Positions 48,138 through 61,523 of a stretch of 64,000 nucleotides of DNA are shown here, piece after piece. This DNA comes from Klebsormidium nitens. Lineage: Eukaryota > Plantae > Klebsormidiophyceae. The translations under genes and the position numbers were made by a program. Below the pieces are notes generated by a model. That model saw only the letters and a program-made list of their open reading frames with translations, was not told the origin of the DNA and ran no database searches. Positions within the stretch are counted from its first letter, which is position 1; the number at the start of each line of letters is the position of its first letter. The stretch spans positions 62,001 through 126,000 of the forward strand of contig DF237179.1 of NCBI GenBank assembly GCA_000708835.1, written 5' to 3'.

Positions 48138-49719
48138 TTTTTTCTGTCGTCTAGTACTTTGAGTATCCAGCAGCGAGATCGGCGATGTAACGGTTGGTGT
48201 CCGGCAGGTACAAGATGCAAATAATATGAGTCAAAGAATAAAAAAGAGTCAACTCCACGATTGGCAAAAAGTCTGCACCAGTCGTGGTGCACGTATCGAG
48301 CCATCTTGTGACATCTTTGGAGGTTGATTGAAATGTCGCAAAAATATCCGGAAAATCGAAGCAGTCCGGAGAGTGCTCGCTATGCTGATGCACCTAGGAC
48401 CAGTTGCTGAGGCCAATCGAAGCTCTGCTGCTGACGCCAGTCTAGCGTGCGTGCCTAAATATGTATTTCTGGGGAACTTCGGTTCAAAAATCCGGCCATA
48501 CGTCTCGACTCTCGACGAAGGGGAATGCAGACTTCCTCGAGATGAAATATTTCAGTGTACTTTATGGAGCACGCTCGGAGCAGGCCATGAGCTAGTCCAA
48601 AACGGCATCATGTAGTGCCCGCCTGCCTCTGTGACACTACAACAAAAAACTTAGATACTGGATGTTTCGTTCGAAGTGACTATCGATAAGCTGCGAGCCA
48701 AGGCCTGATGTGCCTGAAAAGGACCAGAACCGTAAGGCGAGTGCGTATAAAACGGTTTTCAAGGCCTCAGCGCCAGCTATGCGTGTTTACCAAGCTTTCA
48801 GAAAACCTCTCCTTCTTGCTGTCTGATGATGTATACACCCAAGGACCAACCGTTGGTCCTTCAAGTTGAACGGAAGGCCGCTCTATAGTGCTCTACACAA
48901 GGCGCAAGGACTCAATCTATACAAGACAGCTGTGTCGTACTGTCGAACCTCTCATTTTCAGTTAAGAGTTCATGGGATCAAGCTTGCGCCAGTGCTTTCT
49001 GCAAGATCGAGCGTAGTATTCCCGATAAGGCCTAAAAACGATGCTCATTTGGACAAAGTCAATCGGCACGGTGTAATCAAGGCTATTCGCCACTTAAGAC
49101 GGTTAGCTTCTTTCGACAGCGAGCCTAATCTGCCTCTGCGCTAAGTCAACAGGGGATGTTCCAATAGCATTTGCTTTAAGGCTCGGCCGCAAGAGCTAGA
49201 GAGCCGTCGCGCGCCGCGCCCGCGTCTGACATATGCTTCGGCCAGGCCGGGCGGCAGCCGAAGTCGATTCGCGGCCGGCCTGCCGCTTGCATGGACCCTG
49301 CGCGATCATCGCGCCGTCCAGACGTGGTGTTGACAATAAATGTAAATCTCGCAAGAGAAAGACGAACTTCAATTTAAATGTCTGAATCTTAGGAGTACTT
49401 GGATGCAGCTGGGTGCAGCTGCAGAAGTCAGGAAGCAAGCGCACAGGTCTGGCTTTGCGCTTGTGGCGCTGCACAAATGGTGCGCTTCAACCAGCTTGCA
49501 AACGATGGCACACTCTGCAGCTTGATCAAAGGAGGGCGGGCGCTCTGGAGCATTTGATTTGTCACTCTTTCAGTCACGTCAGGATTTAAGAAGTGGACAA
49601 AGCCTTGAAGGCCTCGAGCTTCGAAAGTTTCTGTGACCTTGGACTAAATTTACTTTGTCAATTGCAGCCTAGTCAGTCAGCCCTCAGTGGGTGCATCTGC
49701 ACAGCCATCAGTTTTTCAG

Positions 49720-51632
49720 ATGGACGAAGACTTGGACAAGTTCGTGGAACAATATGCTGCCATGCTTAAATCAGGTCAAGATGAAACGATTGTAGAAGTG
49801 CACCAAGCGCTGGGGGAAGTGTACTTCTCAGGGGAGAAAGGGAGAGAGACATTCTCCAAGATTGCTCAAGGGCTTGCAGCGTATCAGAATGGCGCTTTTC
49901 TGAAGCCCCTCCTGTCTGGAGCTCTCTTTATGTCTGAAAGCGACGACCTGGACGCAAAGGTCTCTCACTACAGGGCCTGCTGCTTGGCGGTCACCATTTT
50001 GACATCAAGCGAAGTTGTAGTCAAGAAGTTTCTGATGGGAACAGGCCGGATCGAAGATAAGCAAACTGCGTGCCTTATTTACCGGAATCTAACCACCAAC
50101 GCGTTGATCAGGGCACAAGCTCTGGAAAAAGGACAAGATAGTGCTGCAGTCCTCTGGGTTGTCTTGCCTCTAGAGTGCTTGGCCAAGTTTATCCGAGGTT
50201 CTAGAGTTTTCCGGGACGCCATGAAGGACATCTCAGAGGAGCGGAACATCTTTGAGACACTTGGATATTTCCTGTCCGCAGAGTTCCTCACCAAGGCTGG
50301 TCAGGAGAATGCCGCTGCAATTAGAGGCTGGCTGTCAGAGATGGCGGCCTCGCTTGCTTTCTCAAAAGATAGCCAGCTTTGGGTGCTAGACATGGGGCTT
50401 CTCAAGTTGATGGCAGCTATCTACGACAGCACACAGTTGCAGAACCTCTTAGACCACATGAAGCAGACCGACTCTCCAGTCTTTCGCTGCAACGCGATCC
50501 TCATCCGTTTGCTAGAGAAGGAGGCCACGTTAGAGAAGCTGCGAGCTCACAATGCTCTGGCAGGTTTCAGGCCCCACAAACGGAAGATCAACAGTGCGGA
50601 TCCGCAATACCGGCCGTGGAGCTACTTCGAAGCAAGACTCTCAGGACGGCCTATCAATATGGACCAGATGCGAGCAGAGGATCCAAGCTGGAGACCTGCC
50701 TATGATGTCTGGGAGCTTATGCACCAGCCGAGTCGGGGAAACTGGGCTCCGGCCGTCTGCTCATGGAAGCTGTGCACGGCAGGCGCCGAGCCGGAAGGTG
50801 ACGGGAAGAAGTACGGAAAGTGCGCTGGCTGTCAAGTTGCCCGCTACTGCAGGTGATCCCCGAGTATCTCATGCCACTTAGACGATTTCTTTTTTTCAAC
50901 GCACAGTGACTCTGTCGGCTTCTCCTCTAAAGCCACGTGCTCTCTTTAAGCATCTTCGCATTCCAGGTCGCTCGCCATTTGAAATTCTTCGCTAGGACTG
51001 ATGGGGAAAAAGGTGCTGCAATTCAAAAGTTTTCTGGCCCTTCGATCCGGATTCTCCGCATTTTCGCTACATCCATGAAATTGAGATTCTGAGATTCTGA
51101 GATTTTGGGTTGTCATCTCCTCTATCCGTCTGTGTTCAGCATATTGGATCCAGTAGATCAGTTGGCCCGGTAAGCCGCTGCGATCGGACACTCTCTCAGC
51201 AGAAAGTGTGCCGGGCTCTGCTTGCTCGAGGTTGCTCGGTCCTTTTTGCTGCTTTCCTTCAACTTGCTTAGGTTGTTGTATCACCTTTCATCACATAGGA
51301 GCTCTAACAGCCCTTGAATGTTCTGTGATATCTTTGGACTCTACTGACCCTTTCATATGTTGCATCGTCGGTTGGAAGTGTGATGTCAAAGGTAAATGAG
51401 CCGTTCACATCAAGCCTGCATTCGTCGGAAGTTCTGGTATCTCAGGTCTGAATTCAAAGAACATCTGAACCTCAAGTAAAGCAGACAGTCCGCACTCTTA
51501 TGCAGCAAGGAGCACCAGAACCTGCACTGGCGAACCCACAAGATCCACTGCCAGGCGGGACGGGCAGCAATTGCGGGTCCGGAAGAGGAAAAACAAAAGG
51601 AACTGAGGGATCCGACAAGCAAGGCGCGATAG
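49720..51632 (+). CDS. MYND zinc-finger protein with about 330-aa helical N-terminal domain; paralog 1, intact, about 419 aa
   Basis: Exons 49720-50852 and 51506-51632 (phase 2). They give CSWKLC...KCAGCQVARYC|SKEHQNLHWRTHKIHC. Confidence 0.88.
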
Positions 51633-52637
51633 TACTGTTCATGCTTTCGGCCAAGTAGAACGCCCCGTTCCTGCACCCGTTCCTGTTTTGCAGGAGAGGA
51701 GAATCAGAGGGAGCAGTTAGAGGGGAATTGTTCTGACAGCGCACTCGGTAGCGCAAAGGGGGCCCGTATAGAGGGGGTGAAATGATGACTACGTAATTCT
51801 CGAAGTCGAAGATGCCCGAATGCGTGCCAGATCGGGCATCTTCGTAAGAGTTTATCTCCTAAACTGAACCCCCATGAGCCCATTCAATCCAGAAGAAAAA
51901 CTTTTGCACTCCGGTCAATCTTGAATGCTGGCCACGCGCGCATGAGACCTTGCTTTCAACAGGGCTTTAGAATGCGGCTTACACGAGCTCAATGACGCTG
52001 GCTTCGATCCAATTTTGTGAGCACGGTAAAGGTCTCAACTAAAAGTTCTCAAACACGTCGTTCCTATTTCGAAGATTATCATGATACCTTATGCTACCGA
52101 TTGAACGACAGCTCACCTCGAAGAGTATTTACGAACGTGCACATGCTGCAACTTTCGCATCCATTATCATTCGATCGAAGTTCTGCGCACTCTCTCGTAA
52201 ACGACGGGACGCAGCAAGAAGAGCTGCTTCTTTATGCGCGTGAGTAATCCCGTAAGTCGTGCCAACGATTACAATGGAGCTGAGGCGATTATCCTTGTTT
52301 TACACCTCACGTAGTAGAATTGGTTGCATACGCTTTTTATGCCGAAATCTCGGGGGCACTACTGTAGATGCAAATCAGATCGTTTAGGACGTCGTCAACA
52401 AAATGCCACCTGGTTGCTCCTGCTTCGTGGCAGAATATCTCATTGGGTCAGCACTCCCTGGAAGCAATCTGGCGCCTGTCGTTACCGGCTCAATCTTGTA
52501 CATTAACCAAAAGTTAAACAAGATCTGGACCGTGCGTAAGACTGACTACATCTGACCTTGATTATAACAATCCCTTGCTGATCCAATCTTCCTTTCTAGA
52601 TCTACCTAGGAGACTCGGGTATCCAAGTCTCCGTATA

Positions 52638-54336
52638 TCATTTTCGACTCGCCTGGCAGTGCTTTTTGTGGGTTGCCCAGTGCAGACGATGATGCTCCTT
52701 GCTGCACAAAAGAAAGGACAAGGGAGAACCTTCTGCTCAAAGCGCTCTCAGTCTAACCATGACACAGACGCCCGAAACCATGGAAAAGGGAATAAAACGT
52801 GCATCGGGGTACAGAGCCTATACGTACAGCACCTTGAACAAGTCCTTCGCCGTCACGTTTCAAAGTTCTGACGAGAGAGTGACGTTTGAACCATTCAGCT
52901 ACTACGAAGCGTCGTCAGCTTTACTCAAACAGCAAATATGTAGACTGCTTCATGAGATTTGCTGTTCACCGTTTGAGCAAGAAGCTCATCGTAGTGGAGT
53001 CAAGATGCCTTTTCACACCGTCTGACCCTCAGCGTCGTGCTCGGATATCAAACGCGAGGTGACGATGCAGGGAAACGATCAACTCCTTCCCTCCAGAACT
53101 AACTTTTTGTCCACAGTCCGAAGGCGATACGAACGAAATCAAACGGTGCAAAAAGATTGAACGAATTAGCGAAAACAATACCATCGAATGCTGCAAGGGC
53201 CTGTAACGAAGATGTCGTAGTCATTACCTGCAGTAGCGGGCAATTTTGCAGACGGAACACTTGGCGAACTTCTTCTCGGCGAGGGGTTCCGGGCCTGCCG
53301 TACGCTGCTTCCACGAGCAGACGACCGGAACGGAGCTTTTACCCCAATGCCGATTTGACCTTCCACTTCTGGCCAGTGCGTGGGTCTTTCAGACTTCCCG
53401 GAACGCCCATCAACCTCCGTTCGAAGTAAGTCCAAATGTCAAAGCCCGGGCACGCACTTCTAATCTTATCTCTGTGGGCCCGAAAACCGGAGAGGGCGTT
53501 GTGCGCGCGCAGCTTTTCCAATGTGTCACTGGACTCGAGCAAGCGGAGGAGAACCAAATTGCAGCGGAACACCGGAAGTTCGTCCCTGAGCTCATTGTCC
53601 AAAAGCTGGTCTGTAGGCGATTGTTCGTAGATAGCTGCTAGGAATCTGAGTAGACCGTTGTCCAAAGACCAGAGGTAACTGTTAGAAGATAAAGCAAGCG
53701 TCTTCGCTAGCCTGGACAAGATAAGTCGAATCCTGTAGGCATTGGAGTCGGACAGCTTGTTGAGGAACTCAGCAGACACGAAGTATCCAAGCTGCTCGAA
53801 CAGGGTGTTGACTTTCAGGCTAGCCTGCATGCTATCTCGAAAGACTCTTGATCCTTGTGCAAAGTTGGCCAGGCAATCCAAAGGCGCAACGACCAACAAT
53901 CTGCCAGCCCTGCTGTCACGGTCATCTCTGCGCTTCAGCTCCTGCGCGCGCTGCATTGCGTCGCGCAATATTGTCTCGTAGATTTGTTGCGCGCGCTGTC
54001 TTTCTTCTCCCTCCGTTCTTAAGAGGCGCTCTATGACGACCTTGTTTGACGTTAGAAGGGCAGAAACCATGCAGCAGGCGCCACAATGTTCGTTTGCTTT
54101 GACTGCATCTGAGTTTGGTGGCATCCTAGCGCCCCTGCAAAAATGCCGTCCACCACCGCTCCCCCGTTGCATGCCGCAAGCTCTTGAGCAAGTCTAGCAA
54201 ACCTCTCATTCCATTCGCTTCCTGGCTGCTGGAAGGCTCTCTCTAGCTGATCAAAGCCTTTTGACATGTCATCTGGCTCATTTGATGTCAGCAAAGCGGC
54301 AAAAACTTCGACCACCTCGTCCAAATCCTCGTCCAT
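52638..54336 (-). pseudogene. MYND paralog 2, inverted and probably pseudogenised
   Basis: Starts MDEDLDEVVEVF at 54336. One frameshift lies near 54135-54095, and a second at the GGGG run near 53343 gives TAA at 53341-53339. The second Zn-ligand Cys is replaced (CSWKQR). Exon 2 is 52701-52638 (SKEHHRLHWATHKKHC). Confidence 0.8.
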
Positions 54337-55171
54337 TTTCACGGAGACTCAGGGCGCACGCACGCACAAGCAACCAGCCGGACTCAAAGGCTTCCCCCTG
54401 ATTGCCCTTTTCGCTTCAAGAGGGAGATGCAAGCCAGGTGCTTTCAGTCCCCTTGTCATACTTGTGTCCTCTCAGGGGCCGCACAAAATCTTCCCATGGC
54501 ACACTTGTGCTGAAAGAGCAGATTGAGTTGAAGGCAGGGATTGCAAGGCTCGGCTCATCAGTACAGATTTGGAGTAGATGGCAGTCGGTGTTCTGCAGAA
54601 GTGTGTACTTTTTAGCGCGCGTACTTTGACGATGCAGTGTCCACACTTTAGCTGCAAGTGCAAGTATGCGCCAAGCAGTGCCAAGCAACATTCGCCGAGA
54701 TTGACAGACGTCTACAAATTAGGTAATCAAAGGAGCATGAGAAGCGTCTGTTGATGGACTCCGCTTTGGGGCCACATGCAGCATGCACACAGGACGCCCA
54801 GCCTGCGCCAGCGTCCGCACAGCTAACCGCACTCCTGCAAATTACGTGAGGGTCACACCAGATGTTAGCCCTCAGTCGCTGTTGGAAAAGAAATGCTGAG
54901 GTCAGCAGCAAGGCTTTGCGGCCCTGGTACGGCCTCATGGTGGTTTCTTTCAGGGCTTTGATCAGCGCATGCACCAATCTAAACCTTCAGTAAGATCAGA
55001 GAGAAGGATCACTTTAGAAGCTAGGAGAAGCGCCCTCTGAAGGGTTGGGACGCATAGACCAGGGGCGGAATCAGCTGAGGCTCCAGGCTTTGCCATTGAG
55101 GGACTCCAATTGTGCTTTGAGCCTGGTGTGCATGAATCACTAGCACAAATGCAATAACCCCGCTAGTGAAG

Positions 55172-56798
55172 ATGGAAGAGGATCTCGACCAGACTGTGGC
55201 GAGGATTGCTGACATGCTAAAGTCCCTACATGTTTCTAAAGAAGTTTGGAAGGTTTGCGACCTGCTACGAGACGTGTCTCTCACAGGTACTAAAGGGAAG
55301 GAGCATTGTATAAGAATAATCCAGGAGCTCGCAGCCTACAAAGGGGGCGCCGGTTTTGAGAGGATCTTAACGGGAGTCCTTTGGGAAGTGCAGCTGGAAG
55401 GGGACTCGAGCGAGGATTACGTCAAAACACTCATTGAGTACAACATGAGCTGCCAGGCCCTAGCATCTTTGACCGAGAGCAACGTGGCGGTGGAGCGCTG
55501 CTTGAAAGCGCTTGCAAAAAACAAAAGGCAGGTAGCCCAGCACATTTACAAGAGGCTCTCTGAAAATGCTTTGAAGGCGGCACGCGGTTACAAGAGAGGA
55601 TCAGAAGATGGCCCTTCCTTCGAGATGATGGTTGTTGCACCTCTGGAGTGCCTGACCAACTTCGTACGAGTTTCCAGGAGTTTCCGGGACGCCATAGAAA
55701 ACAGCCTGGCGGAAATTAGTATGCCAGAATCCCTAGGGTTCTTCTTGTCCGCTGAATTCCTTGACGCTTTGTCGAAGAAGGATGCATTCGCTGTTCAGTA
55801 TCTCTTTTCCAGCATAGCAGCGTCTCTTGCGCTCTACCCTGACAGCCAAATTTGGGCCCTCGATAAGGGCCTTCTCAAGATGCTAGCAGCAGCTGTGGGA
55901 TGAAACCAAGAGGAACGACTCTCCTGTGTTCCGCTGCACCGGAATCCTGCTCCGCTTGCTAGAAACGGAGGCCACAGCGGAACAGTTGCGCGCTCACAAC
56001 GCTCTCGCGGAGTTCTTGCCTCACAAACAGAAGATCAACGGAGCGTACCCGGAATGGAAACCTTGGAGCTATATGAGAACGCGCTTGGAAGGTCGGCCGG
56101 GAAGTACGAAATGGAAGATACAAGGCAAGGTCAGGGGAAACTACGCTAGCATCGTATGCTCGTGGAAGCAGTGCACGGCAGGCCGCGAGCCATCTTCCGG
56201 AAAAAGGTTTGGAAAGTGCGGGGGGTGTCAAGTCGCTCGCTACTGCAGGTAAGCCTGCAACTACAGGAATTGAGCCCGAACTTGATGCGGTTTTGATGCG
56301 ACATCCTAGGCAGATTCATCCTCAGAAAAGTCAAAGTAGGTCTGCTCGACGTCACCTGTAAACGAAATTGTCAAAGAAGGTTGAGGTCAGAGGGTGTTGA
56401 GCGGACTTAAGTTTCGCAATTCCTTAGGCTGCATCCTTAAGTACAAGAAAAGGTGAGGACATCAACAAGCGTCAATAGGCGTTCAGAAAGTACCAAGTTT
56501 GTTCAGCGTTTGCCGATTGAAACGGCTCTCGACAATTGTTCAACATCCCACCTCAGGAATTGAGTTTGGGGTTTTAACGAGAATGCACGAACCCTCCACT
56601 TTCTTCCTCTTCCTAATTCAGAAAACTATGATACGAGCGCGAGGGCTTACACCTGAACATCAGATTCACCTCGCCTAGATTTCTGGGTATGCCTCAAAGT
56701 CTCGTCTGTCTTTCTGCAGCAAGGAGCATCAGAATCTACACTGGCCAACCCACAAGATCCACTGCCGGGCCGGTCAAGCAAAGGGTCCGAGTTCGTAG
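55172..56798 (+). pseudogene. MYND paralog 3, frameshifted by a small deletion near 55885-55895
   Basis: Exon 1 (55172-56248) reads MLAAAVG* in frame. The homologous frame (LWDETKRNDSPVFRC) resumes after about 8 missing codons relative to paralogs 1 and 4. Exon 2 is 56720-56798 (SKEHQNLHWPTHKIHC). Confidence 0.8.
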
Positions 56799-58403
56799 GG
56801 ACGAGAATCGAATAGCAGCGGGTAGTGATGTTTCTTACGGAGTGGTTCTCCGCCATTTGGTGTTTGTATTATGCCAGCAGCACGTCGAGGCCTTTGAATC
56901 CTTATCAAGAAGGTTGATTTCTTAAGCAAGAGTCTGCTCGTGAAGCATTCTCGCGTTCGAGGTGGCCTGCCGCTGCCGCTTGCGCCCCAGGGGACAGCGT
57001 TCTGAACGGCGCGAGCTGTAAGATTGCAATGTGTGAATGATTGGAATCTTGTGAGCAGAATGTTACCGTATGGCAAGTGTATTCGTCAAGGACTTCAGAT
57101 CCGAATTCACAAATGCAATTCTCATGCTTTAAAATTGATAGCTCTATACATGATATACATGAAGACCTGCGGAACTGAAATTTGGGTTAAATCGAGACGG
57201 GGGCATGTTCCGACTTGCATGTGGCGCTGTATCGGGTCGTGTCCGCGATGCCTCTATCAAGATCAGGCAACTTTGAGTGCAGCAAAGAATCGGGTGCTGA
57301 TTTTGCCAGCGCAACCTCGTGACAAGAATGTAGCAAATTTGACATACATACAATAGAGACACATCAAAATTATGCGCTTAACGCTCTCGGCTATGATGGT
57401 GGCCATAGCGCTTGCGTCGTCTTGAACTACTATAGCCTATTCACGTCGTAGGCAGACGTTTTGAAAGCGGCGCTCACAGACAGGAGGAACTCCATGTCAG
57501 ATATAGTCACTGATTCTACAGTAACAGCAAAACATGCGTGCTTTTGCAAAGGTACTTGGTCGGATTATTCAACATGTATTCTGCTTTGCCACATGCCCGC
57601 CACACATGCGAACGGGATGCGAACACGCTTGCAGCCCCGTGCTTTCACCCTCCATGTTAACGTCCTTTCACTAGGGGTCTCACGAGCCTTCCTATTCCGG
57701 ACCTGGGAGCGCAGATTGACATTGATGACAGGGGTCGAACATAAGTCTCAAGTCGGCTTATCAGCTTAATGGCAGCTCTGGTGTGACTGTGGATGGCAGC
57801 AAGTGTTTTAAAGCAATTTAAAAGAACAACGTTGTCCAACATATGCGCGCGCACATGCTCTGATGATGCAGTGTCAAGTTGTGCAGACGTCGAGTCTAAG
57901 ACTGAGTCAAGCACTGTGCGAAACAAGTCTTGCCTAGCCTGGTCGACAAAACCGCCAATCAAGCGCCTGCAGAGGGGCCTGGCTTCGGTCCCGGAACGCA
58001 CGCTTACATGCAGCATGCTCAGGTGCCCAGCCTCCGCAGCTGACCGCACTATCCTGCAAACCCCTGAAGCTAAGGGCGGGCAGAACATAACAGTCAGGAG
58101 TCCTCCAGTAGTTAGCTTGGGTCAGCAGCGACTCTCTGCGGCCGCTTGATGGGCCTTCACTGCCTTGATCAGCGCATGCACCAATCTGTCAGACCCTTGG
58201 TAGAATTATGTAGCGCAGATCTTATCATTAGCGCAGAGGGGCCGCTCAACAGCGCCACTAAAAGCCTTCTGGCTCAAATATGAAGGGAGAATTCTCGAAT
58301 TCAAGAGGGTCGAGGCTTTTGCTTTGCATGAGAGGTATGCAATCATGCCGTAAACTTGGCGTGCTCGGAAGATCAGCATAAGCGCAATCCTCCGTAGCGA
58401 AGC

Positions 58404-60083
58404 ATGGACGAGGATCTGGAGCAAACCGTGGAGAGGTGTGCTAAGATGTTCAAGTCAGTGCATGTTCCCGAAGAGATCCGAAAAGTCTGCAACGTGCTAC
58501 AAGATCTGTCTCGTAGAAGTTCTGAAGGCAAGAAGCATTGCACAAGGATAGTCCAAGAAGTCGCGGCCTACGAAGGGGGCGCCATTTTGAAGCGGCTTTT
58601 AAAGAGATCTCTTTGGGAAGTGCAATTTAAGCGGAGTGGCATCGTTGACGAATCTTACGCGAGAACACTGACCGAGTACAACATGAGCTGCCAGGCCCTA
58701 GCAACTCTGACCGGAAGCAAGGTAGTGGCAGAGCGCTGCTTGACTGTCCTTCTAAACAACGAACGGCAGATAGCCCAGCAGATCTACAAGAGGCTGTCTG
58801 AAAATGCTCTGAAGGTGGCACAAGAGGTGAAGCGAGGAGACCACGGCGCATTCATCGAGATAATGATTGCTTCACCTCTGGAATGCCTGGCCAACTTTGT
58901 GAGAGGTTCAAGAATCTTTCGGGACGAGCTCAGAGATAGCCTAGAAGGAAGTAGTATCTTTGAAGCGGTAATGTATTTCTCGTCCGCTGCCTTCCTCAAC
59001 AAGGTGTCTGCAGAGAATGCATCCCTTGTTCAGCATTTCTTGACTGATATAGCAGCTTCTCTTGTGCTCTATTCCGACAGCCGGATGTGGGCCACTGATA
59101 AGGGCCTCCTCAAGATGCTAGCAGCGATCCTTGGAGCTTCACCCATTCAGAAGCTTCGGACAGATGCCAAAAGGAAAAAGTCTCCTATATTCGGCTGCAC
59201 TGGAGTCCTGCTCCGCTTGCTGGAAACGGAGGCTACCGCAGAAAGCTGCGCGCTCAAAACGCTCTTACGGATTTGCGGCCCCATCAACGGAAGATCGACG
59301 CAGTCTACCCAGACTGGAAACCTTGGAGCTATATCAATGCGCGCTTGGAAGGTCGGCCGGGAGATGAGGAGTATAAGATGCGAGCCGCGATCGAGGGAAC
59401 ATACGCTGAGGTCGTATGTTCATGGAAGCATTGCACGGCAGGCTGCGAGCCATCTTCCGGAAAGAGGTTCGGAAAGTGCGACGGGTGTCAGGTCGCTCGC
59501 TACTGCAGGTAAGGTTGGGATTGTTAAATGCAGGTCGCTGCACGCCTGGTCTTGTTGCGGTCTTATGCATCTCCATAGAACATTCGTCGAATTGCCTTAA
59601 GGTTGAATTTCAGACAATCTGATCAATAAAACTTGAAGCCACAGGGAATCGACCGGCCTCTAGGTTTTGCGGATATCTTGCCCTGCGTCTTTGGAACTGC
59701 CGACAGTCGGAAATACTCAGAACCTTCGAATGCTTCTCCACTCGTAACTGACGGCGATCCAGATTCGTTCACCTTTTGACAATTGAAAACGGCTCACAGA
59801 CGTAATTGATCCGTGTTCGACCTTGAAAGTTGAGTCTTGAGGCTATTTCAGAATGCTCAAAACGCTCCGCTTTCCTCCCCGCGACGTAGTCAAGAATACC
59901 TGTACGAGCGCGAGGCTATAACATCGGATCAGAACTACGTAGCTAGCATTGGTCTGGACTAGTTTTCTGAATGTCTTACAGACACGTATGTGCTTCTGCA
60001 GCAAGGAGCATCAGAAACTGCACTGGCCAACCCACAAGATCCACTGCCGGCCGGCCAGTCGAGCAAAGAGTCCGAGTTTGTAG
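58404..60083 (+). CDS. MYND paralog 4; single 1-nt frameshift at the A-run 59242-59244 (real lesion or homopolymer error)
   Basis: Exons 58404-59508 and 60002-60083. GCAGAAAGCTGCGC needs one more A to restore E-K-L-R-A-Q-N-A-L; all MYND ligands are intact. Confidence 0.75.
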
Positions 60084-61149
60084 GAGACGAGATAACACAG
60101 CAGCGGGTGATGCCGTTTCTCAGAGAACGGTTCGAATTCTTCGTGCTTGGAGCTTGGACCAGACCAGGAGCAATCGAAGGTTTCCAATTCTTATTAAGAA
60201 GGTCGACTTCTTTGGCAAGACTCGGTATCTCGTTCAGGATCTTCACACTAAAAGTGGCTTGCCGCTTGCGGCCCAAAGGACAGCGTGTCGCGCGGCGCGA
60301 GCTGTCAATTTTTTATGGTATTCAAATAGGTTGAGCACTTTTGAACTCTTGTAAGCAGAGGGTTCACCGTTTGGCATAGCGGATCCGGCCTTCGGATGCT
60401 TCAAATGTTTAAGTGCAGTCTCTCATGCTTCCATGCTGCGTAGCACCTCTGACTTACCGGGGACTTACCTTGTAACCTTAGGTGTTTTGTCGAGACTAGA
60501 AACCCTCAGACCTCACAGACATCTGCTGTAAGACGGAACGAGCAAAAAGTATGTCCCAACCTGCATTGGGGCTGAACCGGCTCATGTCAACATGTACGCG
60601 ATGCATCTTCCGAGCCAAGGCGATTCGGAGTACAGGAAAGAAAGGGATGCAGATCTTGGCACATAAGCGTCCTAAAATATTGCAGCGAAACGATTGCTCT
60701 GATACTCGAGCCACATGGCATATCTTCTCCTACTTGTCTCGGCTATGGTGGTCCATATAAGTGCATGCTTCACCGCACTCCAACCGCACTACAGCTAGAT
60801 TCGTTTAACGAGTCTGCCTGCATGAAAAGGCTCACGAAGTGACGAAGGGAATAAACATTTATGCCAAGTGCAGCCGCGATCTGGCAGGATCAATTGTAAG
60901 TGCATGGGCTCAGGCCAGGCGGAAGGTGCGCAACAGCGCGGCCGCCCGGCCTGTCGCATTAGGCGGCCGCGCTGCGCGGCGCGCCATACGCAACCCAGCC
61001 TCACAGATTTTATGAGGAATCTCTCATACCGTACAAATTGCAATATTTCGGCACGCCGAATACTTTGGGCAATTGGGTTCCACCTTTCGGCATAATGCCA
61101 GCCAATATATTTAAGGCAAGGGTTTCCACCCATGATTTCGGCAGAAAAT

Positions 61150-61523
61150 NNNNNNNNNNNNNNNNNNNNNNNNNNNNNNNNNNNNNNNNNNNNNNNNNNN
61201 NNNNNNNNNNNNNNNNNNNNNNNNNNNNNNNNNNNNNNNNNNNNNNNNNNNNNNNNNNNNNNNNNNNNNNNNNNNNNNNNNNNNNNNNNNNNNNNNNNNN
61301 NNNNNNNNNNNNNNNNNNNNNNNNNNNNNNNNNNNNNNNNNNNNNNNNNNNNNNNNNNNNNNNNNNNNNNNNNNNNNNNNNNNNNNNNNNNNNNNNNNNN
61401 NNNNNNNNNNNNNNNNNNNNNNNNNNNNNNNNNNNNNNNNNNNNNNNNNNNNNNNNNNNNNNNNNNNNNNNNNNNNNNNNNNNNNNNNNNNNNNNNNNNN
61501 NNNNNNNNNNNNNNNNNNNNNNN
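61150..61523. other. Assembly gap (N run)
   Basis: 374 consecutive N bases. Confidence 1.

Noticed and set aside
48841-48861. Hairpin AAGGACCAAC-C-GTTGGTCCTT as a Helitron end or terminator
   Set aside because: No CTRR end or TC start; bacterial-type terminators are not relevant here.
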